From positions 33,806,264-33,839,267 of the forward strand of contig JBOZIK010000001.1 in the NCBI GenBank assembly GCA_051453625.1: a stretch of 33,004 bases of DNA, read 5' to 3'. The position numbers were made by a program, and so were the translations under genes. This document shows, piece after piece, positions 1-7,700 of the stretch. Source of the DNA: Welwitschia mirabilis (Eukaryota). The notes under the pieces were generated by a model. The model searched no databases. It was not told where the DNA came from and saw only the letters and a program-made list of their open reading frames with translations. How positions within the stretch are numbered: the stretch's first letter is position 1; each line of letters starts with the position of its first letter.

Positions 1-1
1 T

Positions 2-715
2 GTCTACATCATTTAAAGTAAGCTTGGATGAAAATGGTAAATTAGTAGATCAAAAACTTTACAAAAGCATGATTAGTAGTTTGTTGTACTTATACTAGAT
101 ATCATGTTTAGTATTAGAGTTTATGCAAGATATCAATTTAATCCAAAAGAATCACATTTTTAAGTAGTAAAAAGAATAATTAGGTATATAAAAGGCACAC
201 GTGATTATGATTTATGATATATAAATGAAACATCTTTCGATCTTGCAGGTTTTAGTGATGTTTATTGGGCAGGATGCAAAGATGATAGAAAAAGCACAAG
301 TGGAAATTTTTTCCTTCTAGGTTCATATGTAGTTGGTTGGGCAAGTAAGAAATAAAATTCTATTTCTCTTTTCACTGCAGAAGCTGAATATATTGTTGCA
401 GGAAGCTGTTGCACTCACCTCTTATGAATGAAAGAAATGTTAAGAGATTTTAAAATGTCTTTTGAACAAGTCCCTATTTTTTGTAATAATATCAGTGTTA
501 TTAATATTTCTAAAAATCTGGTTCAACATTCAAGAATGAAGCATATTGAACTTAGACACCATNNNNNNNNNNNNNNNNNNNNNNNNNNNNNNNNNNNNNN
601 NNNNNNNNNNNNNNNNNNNNNNNNNNNNNNNNNNNNNNNNNNNNNNNNNNNNNNNNNNNNNAATTTTATTTGTCTCAGATACGAACTGGGGAATCTTTCT
701 TCATCCTGTCATTAA
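2..715 (+). pseudogene. Degenerate Copia pol C-terminus (reverse transcriptase end plus RNase H) with stops and a frameshift
   Basis: Manual translation: ...VDQKLYKSMISSLLYL / DIMFSIRVYARYQFNPKESHF*VVKRIIRYIKGT...GFSDVYWAGCKDDRKSTSG...WASKK*NSISLFTAEAEYIVAGSCCTHLL*MKEML...IFCNNISVINISKNLVQHSRMKHIELRHH. This matches Copia motifs SDADWAG, DRKSTSG, STAEAEY and NPVQHSRTKHIEIRHH. Confidence 0.92.
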
Positions 716-723
716 GTGCAGGG

Positions 724-790
724 TGGTCAACCAAACATCATATTCGGTCAATCGGTATAGGTCGATCGATCGGTTTTTTACTCGATCGCC
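724..790 (+). repeat. Cluster of CG-containing palindromic motifs just after the pol stop
   Basis: TGGTCAACCA, CGGTCAATCG, GGTCGATCGATCGG and CTCGATCG in an otherwise CpG-poor region; resembles Sirevirus palindromic repeated motifs. Confidence 0.55.
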
Positions 791-1319
791 CAGTTTATTA
801 AAAAGTTTAGTAGTAGCAGCAACAACAAAACAAAAGACAACTATGTATTTTGTCATCTAATTTATTCTTTTGTTTTTTACATTAAATTTTTGAATATTCT
901 AATAAATTATTTTATCTTATTCATGTATGAATATTTTTACATTTGAAAATTATCATCTCATGTGACATATTTTGTTTGATTCAAATAGTAATATAGTTAT
1001 TTTTTGTTACTTAATCCTTGCATCATTTTGGTATTTTTAAGCTTGATATGTTTGAAAAATAACTAAAATTTTTTTATGAAAATTTAATTATTGAATGTTT
1101 GCTGATCATATGTTTCCATTATCATTTGGCATTGTATTCTGAAAGGGTATCATTTAAATGTGTAATTCATAAGTATTTCTAATCATCATTTTTGGTAAAA
1201 TTGTATTTTCTTAAATTTGTGCATATTCACAAATTATCTCATTCAAAAGCACAAAAAATTTGTCTATTCAAAATGCCTAAATGTGGTTCAAAATTTTGTT
1301 TATCATTTGGTGCCAACAT

Positions 1320-1851
1320 AGGGGGAGAAAATATGAGTGATATTTATGGCTGTTTATCTAAATTTTATATTTATTTGTCATTGATGGCAAAGGGGGAGAG
1401 ATAATGGTAGTGTGCTTTTAAAAGTTTTTCTTAAGATATTGAGACATTGGGCTTTCAAATTTTTATGTTATTTTTTTCGTCAAAAGAAAAGAAATGATTG
1501 TATTTTACTCTTTTCTTGAATATATATTTGCCTTGATGTAAGGGGGAGTTTTGATTTTNNNNNNNNNNNNNNNNNNNNNNNNNNNNNNNNNNNNNNNNNN
1601 NNNNNNNNNNNNNNNNNNNNNNNNNNNNNNNNNNNNNNNNNNNNNNNNNNNNNNNNNNTTTTATGTTATTTTTTTCGTCAACAGAAAAGAAATGATTGTA
1701 TTTTACTCTTTGCTTGAATATATATTTGCCTTAATGTAAGGGGGAGTTTTGATTTTTAAACGTGTACTTAAAAGTGTTTGGTGAATGAGCTTAAATTGTT
1801 TAAATTTTTGAAATCATTAAATTGTTTGCCATCAATGTCAAAGGGGAAGAT
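1320..1851 (+). promoter_or_regulatory. Multiple polypurine tracts (Sirevirus multi-PPT signature)
   Basis: AGGGGGAG at 1320-1327, 1391-1398, 1541-1548 and 1739-1746 (the last inside a gap-flanking duplicate); terminal AAAGGGGAAGAT at 1840-1851 abuts the LTR TG. Confidence 0.8.
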
Positions 1852-3061
1852 TGTTAGATTATATTTGTCAATTGATGTCAAACTAATTTCTCTTGTGTAG
1901 TATNNNNNNNNNNNNNNNNNNNNNNNNNNNNNNNNNNNNNNNNNNNNNNNNNNNNNNNNNNNNNNNNNNNNNNNNNNNNNNNNNNNNNNNNNNNNNNNNN
2001 NNNNNNNNNNNNNNNNNNNNNNNNNNNNNNNNNNNNNNNNNNNNNNNNNNNNNNNNNNNNNNNNNNNNNNNNNNNNNNNNNNNNNNNNNNNNNNNNNNNN
2101 NNNNNNNNNNNNNNNNNNNNNNNNNNNNNNNNNNNNNNNNNNNNNNNNNNNNNACCGGACCTGAGATGCTAACAGTTCATAGTTCTAGACTGAGAGGCAA
2201 GGGGTCGACCAGATGGGGCGGACCAACTTCTTATAGGGTTAACCGGATTTTTATGGGGTCAATCAGATGGTGTAGAAAAGCAAAAGTTGTAAACATTATG
2301 TATCTATTACCTAGCCATTACCTAGCTATTTTCTAGCTGTTTATAGTCATTAGAGGTGCAATTCATTTGTAATAAACCCTAGTAGCCATCCATTATAAAT
2401 AGTTAGGTAATAATTGATCTAGAGATCCTTTTAGGCACTATTCTAAATTAGTATATTCATTGTGGATTTAAAAGATCAAGTTTTATTTCCATTGGCATAT
2501 TCTTGATTTGCTTCATATCTGATTGAGGAGGTCTATCCTTGGAAAAAGAACTACACTTAGAATCAGATCTAAGAGCATTATCATTGTGCTNNNNNNNNNN
2601 GAAGAAGAGCTCCATTCATTGTACTGCTACTGATCGTGTAATATCTGAGCTACCAAGGATGCATTACTTCACATCTATTGATTTAGAGGTTGAGACATAG
2701 CCTACAAAAGTTCGGTGTTAAGGTTGAGACTTAGCCTATAAAAGTTTGCTTGTAAGGGTTACTGGTGAACTTGGCAAAACCTGTGGAGTAACAGATATTT
2801 GAGATCAAGCTTAGGAGAATTTGATCGTCGAGAGTGGAGTAGGGAAGTTCCCAAACCACTATAAACCTTGTGTGCATCCAAAATTGTAGTTTATGATTTT
2901 CTGTCTTTTGATTCTTTACATTCAGTTTTTATGTCTTATATGCACATTCTTGATTTTGTTATTTTTACATGCAAACGGTGATTAGATAAATTTAATTTGT
3001 TTAGAGCTTGAGTTTTTGAAAGAACTAATTCAACCCCGCCCCCAGGTTCTCGATCCTATTA
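1852..3061 (+). repeat. 3' LTR of the Sirevirus-like element (about 1.2 kb including gaps)
   Basis: Starts TGTTAG after the PPT. Contains palindromes GGTCGACC and GGTTAACC upstream of TATAAATA (2394-2401), a 26-bp direct repeat (2687-2712, 2721-2746), GAGTGGAGTAGG...AACCACTATAAA (2832-2865) and C-rich ACTAATTCAACCCC (3024-3037). Ends at CTATTA, read as a decayed CTAACA, so the right boundary is approximate. Confidence 0.7.
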
Positions 3062-5320
3062 GATTTAACTTATAATATTAAAAAAATGCTAATAAATCTC
3101 AAAAAACTCAAAAAAAGTAAAAATATAANNNNNNNNNNNNNNNNNNNNNNNNNNNNNNNNNNNNNNNNNNNNNNNNNNNNNNNNNNNNNNNNNNNNNNNN
3201 NNNNNNNNNNNNNNNNNNNNNNNNNNNNNNNNNNNNNNNNNNNNNNNNNNNNNNNNNNNNNNNNNNNNNNNNNNNNNNNNNNNNNNNNNNNNNNNNNNNN
3301 NNNNNNNNNNNNNNNNNNNNNNNNNNNNNNNNNNNNNNNNNNNNNNNNNNNNNNNNNNNNNNNNNNNNNNNNNNNNNNNNNNNNNNNNNNNNNNNNNNNN
3401 NNNNNNNNNNNNNNNNNNNNNNNNNNNNNNNNNNNNNNNNNNNNNNNNNNNNNNNNNNNNNNNNNNNNNNNNNNNNNNNNNNNNNNNNNNNNNNNNNNNN
3501 NNNNNNNNNNNNNNNNNNNNNNNNNNNNNNNNNNNNNNNNNNNNNNNNNNNNNNNNNNNNNNNNNNNNNNNNNNNNNNNNNNNNNNNNNNNNNNNNNNNN
3601 NNNNNNNNNNNNNNNNNNNNNNNNNNNNNNNNNNNNNNNNNNNNNNNNNNNNNNNNNNNNNNNNNNNNNNNNNNNNNNNNNNNNNNNNGAAAAAGATCTC
3701 AAAAACTCAGAAAAAGCTGAAAAGGCTTAAAAAACAAATAAATGCACAAAACTATGCATATGTGCAAAAGAGAGCTAAAGGTTAGACAATTGCTAACTAA
3801 ACTTCATATCTGCAGAACTACGCAATAGCTGAGTAATTGCTCAGAAAAATTGCATTTGCATAAAACAGAGCCAAAAGCTAAGTAATGGTTGAAAATTCTG
3901 CATGTGTGCATAATAGGAGAGGAAAAAAGCCTGGCACANNNNNNNNNNNNNNNNNNNNNNNNNNNNNNNNNNNNNNNNNNNNNNNNNNNNNNNAACAAGA
4001 AAATGCCTTTATCAGTACATTAATAGTCGATGATTGAAAAACAAAAAGGCAAGCACCAAATTAAAGAAAAGCTGGCTAAGGTAGCATGTAGCAGATGGCA
4101 AAAGTCCGGCATCAGCTACAATGGGAGAGCACGTAGGCAACGACAAGAGAGCACGTAGGCTGGTTTCTGCTCTGTGCTTCTATTCAAGTCTTGTAGTCAG
4201 GGGCATGATGTAGCTACAGGCCTGTAAACACAACGATTGCCTAGAAAACGTGCAAAAAAGTGGAGCTGAAAGAGATCAGACACAGAAAAACATACAGCAG
4301 GAAAACTACACGCAGGGTGAGCGCAAGAGGGGTAGCAGTGCAATAGGCAGAGAGCGTACAGCACACGGCGATAGAGGCAAAGGAGCTCAGAGAGCCCGTT
4401 GGGGCAGAAACGACTCTGGCGAAGTAGCAGTGGCTTAAAGAATGGCAGTAGCCAATGTAGGCAAAATGGACAAGCGGCAGAACGGTGATAACGGGAGGCA
4501 GCAGCAATTAAGGCACGGTTTGATTTTTCAATAAAAACATCATAGACTTTTGACACCACACAGACAACGGTTGAGAGGAAGTGGCAAACTTTCAAATGCT
4601 GTCGGTTGCAGGCGCTCCTCAAAACCTAGCGAGACTAGAGCGTCCACTTTGAGAGTGAGGCGGAAGGTGGCCGGTAGTGATGCTGCAGGGGAATACGGTG
4701 GTGGTGGGACTGGAACCCGCTGTGAGGAAGAAGACCGATGGCATTGTTGCAAACCACCCACCAGCACCTTTAAGCACGATGACAGAGGCACAGGGCACCC
4801 AGCACTCAGTAAGGTGGTGAGGTAGAACCCATGATCAATCGGGTTAAACCCCTGCCAAAAATCTTAAAAGAGATATTTGTGCTTTTGGAGAAAAAAGATT
4901 TGCTTAAAAAATGTTTTTTTAAAAATTATATTTCTTTAAAAAAGGAATATTAAAAAAATTGCCCCTTTTAAAAAAAGCTTGGACTTGCTAAAATAAAACT
5001 TCAAAGAAAAAACAAGCACCTGTTAAATATATGCTCCCTTAAAATTGCCTCTTATATGCCCCCCAAAAAAAACTAAGAGTTGGATTTTTCACTTTTCCAA
5101 AAAAAAAAAAAAAAGAAAAGGAAATTTCCTTTTAAAAGTACTTTTTTAAACAAAGGAATAACAAAAAGGGGAAAAACAATACAGCTAGGACAGAGAAAGA
5201 AATGATCAAAAGAAAAGCTCAAGAAGCCTTTGATGAGAGCTTGTAAAAACTCTAAAGAGGTCACAAGAAACTTCAAAGCTCAAGGATGATGAAAAAGAGC
5301 TCTACAAAATCTCCCCCAAA

Positions 5321-5332
5321 GATCTGATACCA
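5321..5332 (-). promoter_or_regulatory. Primer binding site complementary to initiator tRNA-Met
   Basis: Reverse complement is TGGTATCAGATC, 11/12 match to TGGTATCAGAGC, 2 nt after an LTR-end-like CCCAATA. Confidence 0.75.
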
Positions 5333-5334
5333 CT

Positions 5335-5480
5335 TATTGGGAAGCAGCAGAGCAAAAACATGGGCAAGATATTCCAAGATCAATTCTTTATTTTTCCAAA
5401 AAGATTTTACATCCTTATTGCAATAAAGATCTTAGTTATAAAGGCAAGTACACTATCAAGGTTTCACTAGGATTTTCACA
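5335..5480 (-). repeat. Short LTR (about 146 bp)
   Basis: Begins TGTGAAA directly after a G6 PPT; contains CTTTATAAC (TATA-like), AATAAA and a pyrimidine-rich end, and is followed by the PBS. No second copy was found in the window. Confidence 0.55.
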
Positions 5481-5489
5481 CCCCCCTAA
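5481..5489 (-). promoter_or_regulatory. Polypurine tract candidate
   Basis: Minus strand TTAGGGGGG immediately followed by TG, resembling Copia TTGAGGGGGG-TG junctions. Confidence 0.55.
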
Positions 5490-6320
5490 GGGTAGGATCA
5501 CTATGTGCATACAAACTTAGCAAAAAATGCTAAACCTAGCTAAGGAAATTTTATAATGAAATGGGCTAAGACACTTCATAAAAAGGTTGTAAGATGCTTA
5601 TTTGTTAATTTTTTATGATAAGATTCCTAATCATTTGATGATGAAATATAAAATAATGTACATGGTACTTACTTCAGGCTATCCTTAAACAAGTTATCAT
5701 GGTAAAAAAAGGTTACCAATCTAAAATGTTATGGGACTTTCTAGAGAACAATAACTACTAACAAAAGAGTTTGTTTATTGCTTCTATGACGCTTTGTCGT
5801 ACATGTAATAGTGTTACACCTATTATTATTACATAAATAGCCATGATCTTAGCTGGAATCTAAACCCACTTATTGGGTTGAGCACGAAAAGTGTGTACTA
5901 AACACAAAATTCTCTTAAAATGTTTCTGGAAAAGGTTGTCATTAAGTTATAGTTGAACATGGAGTGCATTGGGCAAACAAACAACTAAAAATTGATTAAT
6001 TAAAGCCTTTAAAAACATAGAAAAGTAACTTATTGAGTTTTACGAGAATAGGAAACAATCTTATGAGAAAGAAAATTTCAAACAAATAGAATGAATAAGT
6101 TCCCTTGGAGAGATCTCCTTTAAAAAGGAAAAATCCTTTTTCTTTTTAAATATATTTTTTGGTTGTAATTATCAGTTTTATATCTTAAAAATAGATTAAG
6201 TTATTTTTAGGTTTAAATAAGAAGAATTTGTCATTTTATATTTCTAATTTAAGTCCAAAAACAAACAGAAGATTTAATGTCAACAAACAAAACCCAAAAC
6301 CTTATCATCGTTTTGTCACA

Positions 6321-6347
6321 TTTATTTCAGGTTTTGTTAGGTTTATT
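6321..6347 (-). terminator. Candidate polyadenylation signals of the kinase gene
   Basis: Two AATAAA on the minus strand (6342-6347, 6321-6326), 125-150 nt after the stop, following a U-rich stretch. AATAAA is common by chance in AT-rich DNA. Confidence 0.3.
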
Positions 6348-6471
6348 TTTCATGTTTTATAACAAGATTATTAAACATAAACAATTAAATAAATAAATCA
6401 ATCGTGATGATTGGACTCATAAGTTGGGGATTTATCAACTCTTGCTTGAAAGCTCCACGATTACCAAGCGG

Positions 6472-7518
6472 TTAATGAGAGGTGTTTTTCTTAGTCAAAG
6501 GGATACTTTCAAACCCTGGCGGAGGTCCGAGGAGACAAGGCTCAACCCGCGCATCCAGCTTCAAGGCAGAATTGAAGGAAGGAAATTCAAAAGCCTGCGC
6601 AGAAGGAAAACTGCAGTAACAAGGCTCAAGTGCCCGCGGCTCTTGTGAATTGCAGAAGGGAGATTGAAGTCCCGGGTGATGCGCCGGGGCAGAAGAAAAT
6701 TTGAAATAAGGAGACTCAAGTGCCTCCTGCGCGGTGATTCTGGTACGCGGATTTAGGTCGAGCATTCTCTCCAACAAATCAACTGCCGATGGCTCTGTAA
6801 TGCCCGAGAACTTGCAGTGCAACTCACTTAGCCCATTCGGAGCCTTCTCACATGCGTTCATTATCGATGCCAGCGTTTGGAGCTCGGAAGCGCAAGGAAA
6901 AAGTGGAATGCCCTGCAGCAGCTCTCCAAACACACATCCTGCTGCCCAGATATCGATTTCTGGGCCATATCTGATGGCACTCCCGTTCAGAAGCTCTGGG
7001 CAGCGATACCACAAAGTCACCACTCCCTGCGTCATTTTCCCATTCTCTAATGGCTTCCACTCCTTAGAGAGCCCAAAATCCGCGAGCTTAACGTGGTTTT
7101 GATGAGAGATGAGAATGTTCTCCGGCTTGATGTCGCGGTGCAGAACGTTGTGACGGTGGCAGTGTTGAACGGCTTGCAGAAGCTGCTTCATTATCATCTT
7201 AATCTCATCTACAGAAAATCTTCTTCCCATCTTTTTGGAGGCCTTCAGCAGATCGTTTTCCATGTACTCAAAGACCATGAAGACCTTGGAAGTATGGGTA
7301 ATTACTTCTCTGAGAAGAACGATGTTGGGATGCGGCTGCAGTTTTCGCAGCAGAGATGTCTCCCTTTCAAGCATGAACATCATGTACTTGTCTGTCATTT
7401 GCACAGGAGTTCGGAGCTTCTTGACGGCAACGATTTGGCCTGAGGATCTGTGAAGAGCTTTGAATACTTCTCCGTAGACACCCCCACCCAGCTTTCCTAA
7501 TTTAATATAAGCGTCCAT
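6472..7518 (-). CDS. Intronless divergent cyclin-dependent kinase-like Ser/Thr kinase (CMGC group), 348 aa
   Basis: Uninterrupted ORF. The first ATG is at 7518 in AAAATGG context; the ORF-track start at 7542 is a TTG and an in-frame TAA lies at 7552-7554. Motifs: GGGVYG, VAVK33, alphaC RE, MVFEYM, HRDIKPEN, DFG, VVTLWYRCPE, DIWAAGC, RITAQEAL. The core resembles plant CDKC (MVFEYM..RF.V..IK..MKQLL..VLHRDIK..KLADFGL..TLWYR.PELL.G..YGP.ID.W). Subfamily is not certain. Confidence 0.93.
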   Translation of the reverse strand: MDAYIKLGKLGGGVYGEVFKALHRSSGQIVAVKKLRTPVQMTDKYMMFMLERETSLLRKLQPHPNIVLLREVITHTSKVFMVFEYMENDLLKASKKMGRRFSVDEIKMIMKQLLQAVQHCHRHNVLHRDIKPENILISHQNHVKLADFGLSKEWKPLENGKMTQGVVTLWYRCPELLNGSAIRYGPEIDIWAAGCVFGELLQGIPLFPCASELQTLASIMNACEKAPNGLSELHCKFSGITEPSAVDLLERMLDLNPRTRITAQEALESPYFKFSSAPAHHPGLQSPFCNSQEPRALEPCYCSFPSAQAFEFPSFNSALKLDARVEPCLLGPPPGFESIPLTKKNTSH

Positions 7519-7700
7519 TTTCGCAGAGCAGATTTTCGGCAACTCTACAATTTACTTTAGCGTTTCTTCTATCGGATCTGCCTTATAAAGAATGTTTCTG
7601 TTGTCGCATTCTGGTATTTCTTTTGTTTTCTGAAGCTTTTTCCTATTGTTCTTTGGTACTCCTGCTTCCGGTCGTCCTGCCGTTATGTTTCTGCAGTTGT
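7519..7700 (-). promoter_or_regulatory. Putative proximal promoter and 5' UTR of the kinase gene
   Basis: CpG-retaining segment upstream of the ATG; TATAAG on the minus strand at about 7582-7587, about 65 nt before the ATG. Confidence 0.4.

Larger units (their letters stand above)
1..3061 (+). mobile_element. 3' portion of a Ty1/Copia LTR retrotransposon, SIRE/Sirevirus lineage (RT-RNase H remnant, multi-PPT spacer, 3' LTR); 5' part lies outside the window
   Basis: Degenerate Copia RT/RNase H translation, several AGGGGGAG polypurine tracts before the LTR (a Sirevirus trait), and an LTR starting TGTTAG right after AAAGGGGAAGAT. Confidence 0.85.
3073..5750 (-). mobile_element. Minus-strand Copia-like LTR retrotransposon remnant: weak RNase H C-terminus, PPT, short LTR, PBS, then a long non-coding leader
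   Basis: Reading the minus strand: NLFMKCLSPFHYKISLARFSI (compare Copia ADLFTKAL...LLSKLG) around 5520-5590, TTAGGGGGG, TGTGAAA...CCCAATA, then AG-TGGTATCAGATC. Both outer boundaries are uncertain. Confidence 0.55.

Noticed and set aside
4197..4825. Several 62-141 aa ORFs on both strands
   Set aside because: Expected in GC-rich DNA; mutually overlapping and with no domain similarity I can recognise.
6300..6471. Poly(A) tail or TSD of a LINE-mediated retrocopy after the kinase
   Set aside because: No A-tract or convincing flanking direct repeat is visible.
6424..7453. Plus-strand and alternate-frame ORFs overlapping the kinase (74, 122, 70, 116 and 72 aa)
   Set aside because: Shadow ORFs of a GC-balanced CDS with no recognisable motifs.
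7519..7542. N-terminal extension MPKICSAK in the ORF track
   Set aside because: It starts at TTG. The ATG at 7518 has strong context and gives exact CDK numbering (Y15, K33).
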